From a virus (taxonomy: Duplodnaviria > Caudoviricetes), in IMG/VR virus record IMGVR_UViG_3300020151_002511, positions 23,932 through 87,931 of that record: a stretch of 64,000 bases of DNA. One strand, given 5' to 3'. Below, in pieces: positions 34,761 through 44,893 of this stretch. The translations under genes were made by a program, and so were the position numbers. The notes beneath the pieces were generated by a model. That model saw only the letters and a list, made by a program, of their open reading frames with translations, was not told where the DNA came from and did no database searches. Position 1 is the first letter of the stretch; each line of letters begins with the position of its first letter.

Positions 34761-36916
34761 GTATATCTGAAATACAAAAAAAGAAATTCTTAGAAAACAT
34801 ATATAGATTAATGTATTCAACTGGTGTTTCGGCTAATGATAAAGTTGTTAGTCAACCAGATGAGAATGAAATTAAAAAAGAATTTGATGAATACTTTAGC
34901 GCAAATAGAATAGGATCACCTCTATCCATAGATGTTAACGTATTAAGAAATACTGCAAAAACAGATCCAGACTTAATGAATATATTCATGGCTAGATCTC
35001 TTCTTAACTTAGAATTCCTATATGATTCTTTGGATGATAATACAAAAAAATTAATGAATGTAGTTACTCTTCTTAATAAGAAGATAAAAAATTTAAAAGA
35101 TAAAAGAGCATCTTTAGAAAAGAAAATAGATAATCTACTTTTTTCTAATTCAAATACAGACGGATATTTTTATTCTTTTAGTGATTCATTTGCAAACCTA
35201 GATAATATTGACCTTTCTTTTACTAATGCTTTTGTTGATACAGAAAATAGAAAAGTTACACTTCCTAAATTAAAATCATCCGCACTTGACCTTAACGCAC
35301 CTGGTAGAATAAGTACTACTAATATTACTTATTCAATTTATTTTAACGGGGCAACTATAGTAGAGTCCAAGCAACTTCCGGACTATAATAATATTTTAGA
35401 TGGACTTACAAACACTAAATGCGAAGTTATGCATTCATCTGGGCAGATAGGCTCATGTGCAATGGTCATTAATATACCGTTATCCACTCCTTTTATTGTT
35501 TCAAAAGTAGATGGAAAATTAGCTACTAGTTCTCCAGTAACTATAATCGCTGAGATATTAGATGCTTTGACTGTTGGAGGTTCTCAGTTTAGAAGAAAGC
35601 AATCAAATAGCGATTACGATAGATTTTCTTTTGATTTTTCACCACAAAGTTCTGGGACAATAAAAATAACTCTTATCAAAAATGAACCAGATTCCATAGA
35701 TAATTTAGATCCAAGTAACAAATACAAATATAATTTTACAATTAGAGACCTAATAGTTAGTGGTCAATATTATGATGCTAGTGCAGTAGTTGTTTCCTCT
35801 CCATTATCTATACCTTCTGGAGATGCCAATAAGGTTATAGATGCAGTTAGCGTAGAGGCTGTTAATGGAAATCCATCTGTTGGAGACGTTACATTCTTCG
35901 TAGCAGAAGACGTTCCTGGGGCTACTAGCCTTTCTGATTTTAGTTGGATACCAATATCTTCTTCTGCTACAAATGATCCATCTTATGATCAAGTAGTTTC
36001 ATTTGATAAATCAGTTAAAAGTTTTTTTAACATTAAATCAAACGCATCAGACAACGAAATAACTCTCTATCCATTGTCTACTGATTCAAATTTATCTCTA
36101 CGTAACCCAAGCACTTCTATATACAATGGGATATCTTCTTATAGAATTGGTTCTATACCAAATAATATAGAAATATACAATCCTTACATATTAGATGCAA
36201 TTAATAATTTTTCTTTTAAATATGTTTCTTATGCATCTGGGCTATACTTGGATAAAAATAGATGGTCAGAAATTTTAAATAAAAAAGATCCAAATGTTAA
36301 TATATTTGAACCTGGTAATATTGAACTTACAAATTCTCCATCAATTCCAATAGCATTAAATCTCACTTCAATAAGTGGCTATTTACAAACGTCACTGCTA
36401 GTGGACCAGGAAACAATAGTTAATAATGTTATTTCTAAATCTGGAAATGCAATTGATTGGAATGTGGCAATTTTCTTAAATGGAACATTAGTTGCCGATA
36501 TTCAAAGTGGTCTACCTTCTAAGGAAATTTCATGGAATTTTATACCAGGAATAAATGATATTGTGGTAACATTTGATTCAGAAGGTAATTCCTCTGGTTC
36601 AATATCGCTAATGTCAGGTGTATCATTGTCTAATTATGGCACACCTTTCTTAAATTACTATACTTATGTCGACCCTTTTGACTTCAGAGTAAATAGAAGC
36701 TCTGAAGATAAAGTCTTTACCTTGGATAGTTATCTGGGAAATAGAGAAATTATTAGCAGAAAGTATATTCAAAATAATTCTAGAATTGTATATAGATCAA
36801 ATGATACTAGAAAGATAGAAGCCATAAGATTTAGGGCAAATATAACAAGATTCTCAAATCCATTTGGAACCCCAAGTCTTGAGTCTTACAGAGTAAAATT
36901 TAAAAATAGCATATAG
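34757..36916 (+). CDS. virion structural protein
   Basis: 719 aa, with an N-terminal coiled coil and a beta-rich body like the flanking proteins. ATGA overlap with the previous gene. Confidence 0.6.
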   Translation: MSISEIQKKKFLENIYRLMYSTGVSANDKVVSQPDENEIKKEFDEYFSANRIGSPLSIDVNVLRNTAKTDPDLMNIFMARSLLNLEFLYDSLDDNTKKLMNVVTLLNKKIKNLKDKRASLEKKIDNLLFSNSNTDGYFYSFSDSFANLDNIDLSFTNAFVDTENRKVTLPKLKSSALDLNAPGRISTTNITYSIYFNGATIVESKQLPDYNNILDGLTNTKCEVMHSSGQIGSCAMVINIPLSTPFIVSKVDGKLATSSPVTIIAEILDALTVGGSQFRRKQSNSDYDRFSFDFSPQSSGTIKITLIKNEPDSIDNLDPSNKYKYNFTIRDLIVSGQYYDASAVVVSSPLSIPSGDANKVIDAVSVEAVNGNPSVGDVTFFVAEDVPGATSLSDFSWIPISSSATNDPSYDQVVSFDKSVKSFFNIKSNASDNEITLYPLSTDSNLSLRNPSTSIYNGISSYRIGSIPNNIEIYNPYILDAINNFSFKYVSYASGLYLDKNRWSEILNKKDPNVNIFEPGNIELTNSPSIPIALNLTSISGYLQTSLLVDQETIVNNVISKSGNAIDWNVAIFLNGTLVADIQSGLPSKEISWNFIPGINDIVVTFDSEGNSSGSISLMSGVSLSNYGTPFLNYYTYVDPFDFRVNRSSEDKVFTLDSYLGNREIISRKYIQNNSRIVYRSNDTRKIEAIRFRANITRFSNPFGTPSLESYRVKFKNSI

Positions 36917-36924
36917 GACATATC

Positions 36925-37320
36925 ATGGCAAAAACTTATACAGAATTTAAAAGAATTATACAACCCTTATTTCAAAGGTATAGAAACACTTTTAGGGGTC
37001 CACGTAGCTCAGCTAAAGAAAATCTAGAGATGAATAAAATGTTAATTGATCTTAAAAAACTAGATGAAAAAGCTGATTATTTAAACAATAAAACTTATTC
37101 AGATATTCAAATTTTTGTTGGACAAGTTGACCCAGAGCAACTTCAGATTCATGACGATTACGAGGATGGCAAGTACTATAGGTTTGACGATGTCATCTTT
37201 GAGTTTTTTGGCGATGGCGCCACTCCTGATTACCTAGAGATAGATACCACTTCTACCGTATCTTCAAAATTGTCTAGAATAGCAGAAAAAGTTAAAGAAC
37301 TAGAAAATAAAAAGGTTTAA
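36925..37320 (+). CDS. hypothetical virion protein
   Basis: 131 aa, AGGA RBS. Shares an N-terminal 'R..F/Y.GP..S...N' pattern with the next ORF. Confidence 0.55.
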   Translation: MAKTYTEFKRIIQPLFQRYRNTFRGPRSSAKENLEMNKMLIDLKKLDEKADYLNNKTYSDIQIFVGQVDPEQLQIHDDYEDGKYYRFDDVIFEFFGDGATPDYLEIDTTSTVSSKLSRIAEKVKELENKKV

Positions 37321-37322
37321 AA

Positions 37323-38576
37323 ATGTCAGAATTTATATATACAAAAAGAAGAACAGCCAAATATAATGGTCCAGTTGATAGCTCTGATCACAACCTTAGG
37401 GTAGAAGAAAACTATAAAGATTTAGTTTATCTATATAATAAATTTAATGTTATAGATCAAAAACTAGGAGAAGCATTTGAGAGAGTCTTGAAGGATCATG
37501 TTTTCATAACTAGATCAGTCAAAGACTTGGATGATAGGATCCAAGCTTTAGAAGCAGCAGAAAATATGGTTTCCATATACTCCTTTAAGCAAATAGACAA
37601 TAATGCTATTCCAAATGGAGAAGTTTCTATACAATTAGATGAGATACTTTCCTTTGACCCTATATATAATATAGTAACGCTTCCAAAAATTGATGGCTCA
37701 TCGCATTCAAAGTTGAAGTTTTTCACATCTAGTGAAGGTCAAATAATACCAGACTTCTTTGAAACAAGAATATCAAATAGCCTTTCAGGGGTAGATGTAC
37801 CAGGCTCTATTATCGATGGAACAAATGTATACAATGCCATATTGGATAGATCTGATAAGTATTGGAAGAGAACAGTTATCTCAAACTCAACAGCTGTAGC
37901 TGGAGCTCAAACATATTTATATGTTAAAATTCCTTCAGAGTATACTGGATCAAAAAAGAGTAACTTTATAAAGCTCAATCCATACCCAGTTTATGGAGTT
38001 GATATTATGGCAATTGAATATACTACAACTCAAAATCCAACAATGACAGAGTCTGATGTTTGGCTACCTGTAAATAGAGATAGGCTCTATGATGGGACTA
38101 CAAGTGCGATAGGAAAGGTTCCACCAGGTGGTTGGACCTCTATAGGGTCTGATTTTATTTTAAATTCTGGTCCAATTGGTTTTTACTTCCGTGAACTTGA
38201 CATAACCGCAATAAGAATTGCGATGAGACAAAGAAATTACTTTACAGAAAATGGAAAGTATATCTACACTTATGGACTTTCAGATTTAGATGTAAGATAT
38301 GACAAATTCCTGCCATCAGGTAAGATTATATTTAAATTTGAGCCAGCAAATGGCGACACAATATCCTCTATTACAAGCGTAACTCCAAAGATATATAACG
38401 TTTCCCCAGCTCTTCTCTCTGAAGCCTTTAGCTATAGGGTTATATACAATGACGGATCAATCTATACAACCACAAATCCAGGGGCTTCAAATGCCGTATG
38501 GATAGAGATTACGCTAAATATCATGCCAGATGGAACTGCACCAGTTTTGTCAGATTTAATAATCAACTATAACTAA
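37323..38576 (+). CDS. virion structural protein
   Basis: 417 aa. Ends in APVLSDLIINY, similar to the C-termini of neighbouring structural proteins. Confidence 0.55.
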   Translation: MSEFIYTKRRTAKYNGPVDSSDHNLRVEENYKDLVYLYNKFNVIDQKLGEAFERVLKDHVFITRSVKDLDDRIQALEAAENMVSIYSFKQIDNNAIPNGEVSIQLDEILSFDPIYNIVTLPKIDGSSHSKLKFFTSSEGQIIPDFFETRISNSLSGVDVPGSIIDGTNVYNAILDRSDKYWKRTVISNSTAVAGAQTYLYVKIPSEYTGSKKSNFIKLNPYPVYGVDIMAIEYTTTQNPTMTESDVWLPVNRDRLYDGTTSAIGKVPPGGWTSIGSDFILNSGPIGFYFRELDITAIRIAMRQRNYFTENGKYIYTYGLSDLDVRYDKFLPSGKIIFKFEPANGDTISSITSVTPKIYNVSPALLSEAFSYRVIYNDGSIYTTTNPGASNAVWIEITLNIMPDGTAPVLSDLIINYN

Positions 38577-38578
38577 AA

Positions 38579-38596
38579 AATTGCCGTTTGGCAATT
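38579..38596. terminator. small intergenic hairpin (possible weak terminator or regulatory stem)
   Basis: aattgcc-gttt-ggcaatt inverted repeat. Confidence 0.35.
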
Positions 38597-38634
38597 ACTA
38601 TAAACAATAAGAATTTATCCTAAGGAGAATATAA

Positions 38635-39261
38635 ATGGCTACTTTTTATGTTGGCCCCAGACCAGTTTTGAAGGGCCAAAACACCAGTCAAATGGTGAAC
38701 CCTTATACTAGCATGTCCGGGAAAGCTAAGGGCACGGGAACTTATTCCTACTACCCACTGTATAGCACAAGCCATGTCTTGGATGGTGCTCCTGATAATC
38801 ACTTTGCCCCTGGCACTGGTCAATTTCCTGGCAATAGATTTTTGTCTCAAGTATTTAATGGAACAACCCTCTATGTACATCCGCTTTCCGGAACATTCCC
38901 AGATGGATCTGCAACCTATGATGGTGCTAGATTCCGTCCAATGGAGTACAAGGGTCTAGCTGGAGCTGCAGCTTTCCCATCAGGTTTTGGTCATGCTGAC
39001 AGAGTAAGCGATTACAGTTACAACAACAATATTTTTGACGGAGTACCGTCTGCTAATATATTCGCTAATACAGGCCATGCTGCAAGAACAGAAGCACAAG
39101 GTGCACCATCTTCTTTTGGAGTTTTTAAACCAGAAGAATTTCAAGGTGTAACAAGTTCCAAGATATTTACAGTTGGATATGGTCAGGCTAATACGACTGG
39201 TGATTATGGAAGAGAAAAAGTTCAAGAGTATTTCGGCGTACCATCTGCAAAAGCTCTCTAA
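38635..39261 (+). CDS. hypothetical Gly/aromatic-rich protein (possibly virion)
   Basis: 208 aa, strong AAGGAG RBS. Confidence 0.65.
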   Translation: MATFYVGPRPVLKGQNTSQMVNPYTSMSGKAKGTGTYSYYPLYSTSHVLDGAPDNHFAPGTGQFPGNRFLSQVFNGTTLYVHPLSGTFPDGSATYDGARFRPMEYKGLAGAAAFPSGFGHADRVSDYSYNNNIFDGVPSANIFANTGHAARTEAQGAPSSFGVFKPEEFQGVTSSKIFTVGYGQANTTGDYGREKVQEYFGVPSAKAL

Positions 39262-39514
39262 TTATTATTCTTCTCCAATACATTTAGAGAAAGATAGTAA
39301 AGTATCTGGTTTATTTGGTTGGGCAGTTTTAGTAAGCTACATTTTAGCCTATGATATATTCGCAATTAAAACAAAAAAAACAGAAACACTGACAAGATCT
39401 TTTTGGAGATTGTCAGAAGGTAAAATATCTAAAGCTCCAGTAATGGGTCTTTGGCTAGCAGTAACTTTTCACCTTATGCTTGAGAAAGATGTAAGAAGAA
39501 AAATAAATAAATAA
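39173..39514 (+). CDS. small membrane protein (start uncertain)
   Basis: Two hydrophobic segments (GLFGWAVLVSYILAYDIF; VMGLWLAVTFHLML). Confidence 0.5.
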   Translation: MDMVRLIRLVIMEEKKFKSISAYHLQKLSNYYSSPIHLEKDSKVSGLFGWAVLVSYILAYDIFAIKTKKTETLTRSFWRLSEGKISKAPVMGLWLAVTFHLMLEKDVRRKINK

Positions 39515-39544
39515 GTTTCAGCCTCATCAAAGTAGCATACTAAA

Positions 39545-39553
39545 TGCTATAAT
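39545..39553 (+). promoter_or_regulatory. extended -10 promoter element TGCTATAAT, overlapped by an inverted repeat
   Basis: Perfect TGnTATAAT in an intergenic region. The tagcat..atgcta inverted repeat spans 39533-39549. Confidence 0.45.
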
Positions 39554-39570
39554 GATAGAGGAGTTAAGAC

Positions 39571-39608
39571 AAAGAAGTCCCGCTCTTATGAGCGGGGTTT
39601 TCTTTTTT
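39571..39608. terminator. intrinsic (possibly bidirectional) terminator ending the virion module
   Basis: aaagaagtcccgctc-ttat-gagcggggttttctttttt. Confidence 0.8.
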
Positions 39609-39660
39609 AGAAGTGCTTTTATAGGTTTGGTCATCTTTAGATGGAGATAGTTAGGATTAT

Positions 39661-40374
39661 ATGGTAATCGATGATCTCGAGAGGGTTGTCAAAGAAGATA
39701 TAATATCGGTAGACGTTGCCGATATGTACTTAAGAATCTATGTTGCAGACATTGATTGGAAGCCACACATTTCTCAGCTTTGGGTAAATACTAAAAATAA
39801 AATAGCTGACGAAGCAGAAGCCAAAAACCACATTAAAAAGGCTATCGCATGTGCAACCCTAATGCCATTTTATGACAAGTCAATCATTACAGACCCTCCC
39901 CAAAATATGCTTTTTTGGTTGCCAACTTGGGTCCAGTTTAATCAGAAAGACTGGATTGATATATATAAAAAAATGGTAAATGAAGACATCCAAATAAGAA
40001 AAAATAGAAAAAAAATGCTATCATATGGTGTGGTTGAATCTATAGATTATGTCCCAATGACTAGACAAGCTTTCAATTGGTTGTACTCAAAGTCTGAGGA
40101 TTCGCACTGTGTAACGCCAGCTAATAAAGCAGACATAGTTAAGAAGTTTGAAAACCTAATTAAAATTTATGGTGGTGCTGTTATATGTAATACATTTACA
40201 AAGCACGAAAAGAATATTAACAAAGTCTTAAACTGGAGAAGTGGATACTTTATAGAAAGAGAAATATATAAAGTTTATACCATGGATCAAATTTGTAGAA
40301 TAAAAGAATTAGAAATATCTAAGATAGATAAAAAGTATGTCAAAGTTTTAATAAAAAATAAGGAGAAATTTTAA
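39661..40374 (+). CDS. hypothetical protein
   Basis: 237-aa ORF with an AGGA RBS. Confidence 0.65.
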   Translation: MVIDDLERVVKEDIISVDVADMYLRIYVADIDWKPHISQLWVNTKNKIADEAEAKNHIKKAIACATLMPFYDKSIITDPPQNMLFWLPTWVQFNQKDWIDIYKKMVNEDIQIRKNRKKMLSYGVVESIDYVPMTRQAFNWLYSKSEDSHCVTPANKADIVKKFENLIKIYGGAVICNTFTKHEKNINKVLNWRSGYFIEREIYKVYTMDQICRIKELEISKIDKKYVKVLIKNKEKF

Positions 40375-42477
40375 ATGTCTGACACAAGTATATTACACGA
40401 AATAGCTAACCAATCAATAAACACTTCAATAAAAAGCTCTTTATTTTCTTTTCACTTAAGTGATGACTTTGTTTCTTCTTTTAAGGATAAAACTTCTCCA
40501 TTCGGATATAGAGATGCCGGTGGAAACTCTCTTGGCGAAATCACATTTCTTCGTACCTACTCAAGAATAAAAGAAGATGGCACTAAGGAAACTTGGGTTG
40601 ATGTATGCGAAAGAGTTATTAATGGAATGTACTCTCTTCAAAAAGATCACTGTAAAAAGAATAGACTTCCATGGAACGATGCAAAAGCTCAAGCTTCCGC
40701 CAAAGAAGCTTTTGATAGACTCTTTAATCTAAAGTGGACTCCACCTGGAAGAGGTCTCTGGGTAATGGGAACACCTATTGTTAATGATCAAAAGAACTCA
40801 GCTGCACTACAGAACTGTGCATTTGTTTCAACCTCAGAAATGAATAAGCACAATCCAGCTAAGCCCTTTGGATTTCTTATGGAAGCATCCATGCTGGGTG
40901 TTGGTGTAGGCTTTGATGATAAGGGTGCTGATAAAGACTTCGTGATCTATGAACCTACAAAGTCTACTGTTATAGAATTGATTGAAGACAGCAGAGAAGG
41001 CTGGAGAGACTCCACTATTGCTTTAATAAATTCATATCTTAAATCAGATCAAGCTATCATTGAATTTGACTACTCTTCAATTAGACCTTTGGGTACTCCG
41101 ATCAAAACTTTTGGTGGAACAGCATCTGGTCCAGCGCCATTAATTAAATTACATACAGCAATTAGGAATATCTTTAATGCTAGAAATGGTGAAAAGTTAA
41201 CAAGAAAAGATATTGCAGATATTGGAAACCTTATTGGTGTTTGCGTTGTCTCTGGAAACGTTCGTCGTTCTGCAGAACTTTTAATTGGTAGAATTGACGA
41301 TGAAAGTTTCTTGAATTTAAAGAATCCTGCTGTTTTTCCGGAGAGAAACTCTTATGATCCACAAAACCCAGGATGGGGATGGATGTCTAATAACTCTGTA
41401 GAAACTCATGTGGGTCAAGATTTGTCTCCGATAGTTGAAGGAATTGCCCTCAATGGTGAACCAGGTGTTATATGGCTTGATGTGTCACGTAAGTATGGTC
41501 GCCTAGCTGATCCGCCAAATAATAAAGACTGGAGAGTAGCCGGCTACAACCCTTGCGCAGAGCAATCGCTTGAGTCATACGAATGCTGCACTCTTGTAGA
41601 GACCTATTTAAATCGACACGATAACATTGAAGACTATAAGAGAACACTAAAGTTTGCCTACTTATACGCTAAGACAGTAACTCTTCTTCCAACTCATTGG
41701 GAAGAGACTAATGCTATCATGCAAAGAAACCGCAGAATAGGAACATCAATGTCAGGTGTTGCTAACTTTGCAGACAAACTTGGAATGCCAGTATTAAGAG
41801 AGTGGATGAACTCAGGCTATGCTACAATAAAAAATTATGATACAGTTTACTCTGAATGGCTGGGCATCCGTGAATCAATTAAGATGACAACAGTAAAGCC
41901 ATCCGGCACTGTGTCTATTCTTGCTGGTGAATCTCCAGGTGTACATTGGACTCCAGGTGGAGAATACTTTTTGCGAGCTGTTAGATTTTCTAATGAAGAC
42001 CCGATGCTTCCATTATTCAAAATGGCCAACTACAACGTAGAGCCGGCAGCAGAGTCTCCAGATACAACTTCAGTTGTTTTCTTTCCAATTAAATCTGAAG
42101 CAAGAAGATCAGAGAAAGATGTAACAATATTTGAAAAAATGGCATTAGCTGCAGCTGCTCAAAGATACTGGTCAGACAATTCAGTTTCTGTAACCATATC
42201 TTTTGATGCAGAGCAAGAAAAAAAGCATGTAGGAACAGTTTTACATATGTATGATGGCCAGTTAAAAACTGTTTCATTCTTACCTCAAGGTAATCATACG
42301 TACTTGCAAATGCCGTATAGCCAAATCTCAGAAGAAGAATACAATGAGATGTCAATGAAACTATTCCCAATAGACTTCTCTGGAGTTTACGCAGGTATGG
42401 CAGCAGATGCTATTGGCGAAGCTTACTGCACTACAGATTCATGTGAAATAAAGTTTATACAAGACAACTCCAAGTAA
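40375..42477 (+). CDS. nrdJ: class II (adenosylcobalamin-dependent) ribonucleotide reductase, monomeric RTPR type
   Basis: TFLRTYSR, PPGRGLW, LQNCAF, GNVRRSA, NPCAE and TVKPSGT motifs, C-terminal CTTDSC. Confidence 0.93.
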   Translation: MSDTSILHEIANQSINTSIKSSLFSFHLSDDFVSSFKDKTSPFGYRDAGGNSLGEITFLRTYSRIKEDGTKETWVDVCERVINGMYSLQKDHCKKNRLPWNDAKAQASAKEAFDRLFNLKWTPPGRGLWVMGTPIVNDQKNSAALQNCAFVSTSEMNKHNPAKPFGFLMEASMLGVGVGFDDKGADKDFVIYEPTKSTVIELIEDSREGWRDSTIALINSYLKSDQAIIEFDYSSIRPLGTPIKTFGGTASGPAPLIKLHTAIRNIFNARNGEKLTRKDIADIGNLIGVCVVSGNVRRSAELLIGRIDDESFLNLKNPAVFPERNSYDPQNPGWGWMSNNSVETHVGQDLSPIVEGIALNGEPGVIWLDVSRKYGRLADPPNNKDWRVAGYNPCAEQSLESYECCTLVETYLNRHDNIEDYKRTLKFAYLYAKTVTLLPTHWEETNAIMQRNRRIGTSMSGVANFADKLGMPVLREWMNSGYATIKNYDTVYSEWLGIRESIKMTTVKPSGTVSILAGESPGVHWTPGGEYFLRAVRFSNEDPMLPLFKMANYNVEPAAESPDTTSVVFFPIKSEARRSEKDVTIFEKMALAAAAQRYWSDNSVSVTISFDAEQEKKHVGTVLHMYDGQLKTVSFLPQGNHTYLQMPYSQISEEEYNEMSMKLFPIDFSGVYAGMAADAIGEAYCTTDSCEIKFIQDNSK

Positions 42478-42486
42478 GAGGTTTTA

Positions 42487-42852
42487 GTGTCTGAATTTGA
42501 AAATGAAGATATAGATAAAATGTTTGAAGAAATAATCTCATCTGATGACTTAGATGAAATTAAATCTTCTTCAATAGAAGGAATAATAAGTGTAAGTAAT
42601 GCATCTATAGAATCTCTTCTTAAGGAATTAACTTTAATTTTCCAATCTCTTTCTAGAGCTGCAGTCCATGTAGGGGACTTAATGTTTAATTATCTTTCTG
42701 TAGAAGATTATTCTACAGATCAAGAGCTAAAAGAAATTCTTGGAAATATATACAAGCTAACAGAAGACCTAGACGAATACATGGTAGAATTAGTGTTTGA
42801 AGATACGTTTGATGATCTTGAATTAGACGAAGGTGAAGAAGAAGATGAATGA
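42487..42852 (+). CDS. acidic hypothetical protein
   Basis: 121 aa, very Asp/Glu-rich, GAGG RBS. Confidence 0.6.
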   Translation: MSEFENEDIDKMFEEIISSDDLDEIKSSSIEGIISVSNASIESLLKELTLIFQSLSRAAVHVGDLMFNYLSVEDYSTDQELKEILGNIYKLTEDLDEYMVELVFEDTFDDLELDEGEEEDE

Positions 42853-43552
42853 TCAAAATGTAATTGAAGTATTAGACAATGGCTACGTAAGACTAGTTGA
42901 TCATATGGGCTCGGATTTGTCCGTAGTCAATGCTGCTAGAGCTTCCTTTGCTAAGGAAAGCGAATCTTTCACGACAAAAGATGCTAGACTAATTGATTTC
43001 CTCGCTAGAGAAAATCACATGTCCCCTTTCCGTCATGCGTTTATGACTTTTGAATTTAAAGCTCCATTAATGGTCGCAAGACAACATTGGAAATATGTAG
43101 TTGGCTCGGACCATACTATGGATTCATGGAATGAATCATCAAGAAGATATGTAACGATGGAACCTGAATTCTATGTTCCCAAAGCACATGAATGGAGACT
43201 TGCCCCAGAGGACAAAAAGCAAGGATCTGCTGGAATATGCGATCCATTTACTGGGGCAACATTAACTGACCAACTAATGAGATACATAGAACAGGGCGAA
43301 GCATTTTACAATCTAGCCATGCAGTCTGGAATTGCTCCAGAGCAAGCAAGATTGTTCCTGCCAGCTTACTCAATGCATGTAGTCTACAGATGGTCATGTA
43401 GCCTTCAGTCAGTATGCCTGTTCTTAGTACAGAGACTAGAAGAAGAAGCACAAGAAGAAATTAGAGCCTATGCAGAAGCTACTCTAAAACTAATTAAGGA
43501 CTTGTATCCCGTATCCATTGAAGCACTAATAGGGAAGTACTCTTATGTTTAG
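42845..43552 (+). CDS. thyX: flavin-dependent thymidylate synthase
   Basis: GYVRLVDHMGSDLSVVNAARAS, H.SPF, WNESSRRY and APEQARLFLP motifs. Confidence 0.9.
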   Translation: MNDQNVIEVLDNGYVRLVDHMGSDLSVVNAARASFAKESESFTTKDARLIDFLARENHMSPFRHAFMTFEFKAPLMVARQHWKYVVGSDHTMDSWNESSRRYVTMEPEFYVPKAHEWRLAPEDKKQGSAGICDPFTGATLTDQLMRYIEQGEAFYNLAMQSGIAPEQARLFLPAYSMHVVYRWSCSLQSVCLFLVQRLEEEAQEEIRAYAEATLKLIKDLYPVSIEALIGKYSYV

Positions 43553-43712
43553 TACTATTTTGTTAATAATTCTTTTTTCGCTCATGATTAATTGGCTAAT
43601 TAGCCTTTCTATAATGGCGCAAATATCATCAGATAAAAAAACAAGATATAGATTTATAACACTTTCAGCGTTGTCCTCTATACTAACTGGTTATATAATA
43701 TACCTATTATGA
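43545..43712 (+). CDS. small two-TM membrane protein (55 aa, not in the ORF track)
   Basis: MFSTILLIILFSLMINWLISLSIMAQ..FITLSALSSILTGYIIYLL exactly fills the gap between thyX and the deaminase. Confidence 0.6.
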   Translation: MFSTILLIILFSLMINWLISLSIMAQISSDKKTRYRFITLSALSSILTGYIIYLL

Positions 43713-44167
43713 GTTATGGTGAGTTGACAAGAAAAGATCTGCAATATATGCAGATGTGCTACAGTTCTTCTACAATATTCTCAACGTGTGGCAAGAAAAA
43801 GTATGCTGCTATATTGGTAGATGAATATGGTCATATAGTAGGGTTTGGTTATAATGGTGGGCCAAGAAATTCAGTACACTGCGAGGATGGCGGTTGCCCA
43901 CGTTTCGTAGATATGTCGCCAAGTGGATCCAACTATGACAATTGCATAGCTGTACACGCAGAGGCAAATGCTTTCTTGCATTCAGATTACAGTGCTAGAC
44001 CAGTTAAGCTTTATGTAAACGGCCCTCCATGTTTAACTTGCGCAAAGCTAATAGTCAACAGTACAGTTAAAGATGTTTATTATGTTGCCGATCAAGAATA
44101 TTCAAATTGGGACGAAGTAGAAAAATTCATGAATACTTCTGGTATTAAAACATATAAGGTAAAATAA
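43709..44167 (+). CDS. dCMP deaminase
   Basis: GYNG, HAEANA and PCLTCAK zinc-deaminase motifs. Confidence 0.9.
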   Translation: MSYGELTRKDLQYMQMCYSSSTIFSTCGKKKYAAILVDEYGHIVGFGYNGGPRNSVHCEDGGCPRFVDMSPSGSNYDNCIAVHAEANAFLHSDYSARPVKLYVNGPPCLTCAKLIVNSTVKDVYYVADQEYSNWDEVEKFMNTSGIKTYKVK

Positions 44168-44168
44168 A

Positions 44169-44414
44169 TTGGCAGCTTCAAAAGTAAATTACATTGTTAT
44201 ATATGATGGGCATAGTCAGGTCTATGGGTGCTCTTCTAAGAAGATTGCTTTAGAATCTGCACCACCTGAAGGCTGTAGTATAAAAGATAAAAAAGTTTTA
44301 TTTATAACATTTGAACCAGATAACTCTAATCTGTCAGCTTATAAAGTTCCAGATGAAGAAGTTTTCTGTGCAGATATAAAGGAAAAAAAAGAAAAGAAAA
44401 CGGATAATGACTAA
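44169..44414 (+). CDS. hypothetical protein
   Basis: 81-aa ORF in an operon-like packing. Confidence 0.55.
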   Translation: MAASKVNYIVIYDGHSQVYGCSSKKIALESAPPEGCSIKDKKVLFITFEPDNSNLSAYKVPDEEVFCADIKEKKEKKTDND

Positions 44415-44634
44415 GGTACAAAAGAAAAAACTAATATTAAAAATTCTTCCAGGGGAAGCAGCAATTGTTGCGTCGGTGGATATATTAGAGCATATGTATG
44501 AAACATACTTGTATATGGCATCCTCTGCAGACAGTGTTGAATCAGACTCATGGCAAAGCGTTGCTGAGCTGATCAGGGAATGGATTGACAAGACACAATA
44601 TTCAGATCAAGGTGATTATGAAGAAGAATGGTGA
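44407..44634 (+). CDS. hypothetical protein
   Basis: 75-aa ORF overlapping its neighbours. Confidence 0.55.
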   Translation: MTKVQKKKLILKILPGEAAIVASVDILEHMYETYLYMASSADSVESDSWQSVAELIREWIDKTQYSDQGDYEEEW

Positions 44635-44893
44635 TTCCGTTATTATAATAGCCTTAAGTATTACTGCATTTGTTGGCTATGTTATGTATCAAAAAAGTAA
44701 ACATAAAAAGTTTGTTTCTTCAAATACTTTAACTATTGAGAACTTTGTTAATAGACTAAGTGAATATGATATGTCTCCTCAAAAAGAAGCTTCAAATTTT
44801 TTTTATGACTTACTAGAATGCGGTTTTAGTCCTCAAAATGCATTTGCAACAGTGCAAAAAGAAATAGATGATGCAGGAAGTTTTTTTAAATGA
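44618..44893 (+). CDS. hypothetical membrane-anchored protein
   Basis: N-terminal TM segment (VIIIALSITAFVGYVMY). Confidence 0.5.
   Translation: MKKNGDSVIIIALSITAFVGYVMYQKSKHKKFVSSNTLTIENFVNRLSEYDMSPQKEASNFFYDLLECGFSPQNAFATVQKEIDDAGSFFK

Noticed and set aside
38590-38610. TACTATAA as a phage late-promoter motif
   Set aside because: Too few intergenic occurrences in this window to define a consensus.
39173-39261. Overlap of 38635..39261 with 39173..39514 as a frameshift fusion
   Set aside because: No in-frame CGG (the cgg there is ttc-ggc), and ATG starts are available in the downstream frame. Treated as an ordinary overlap with an uncertain start.
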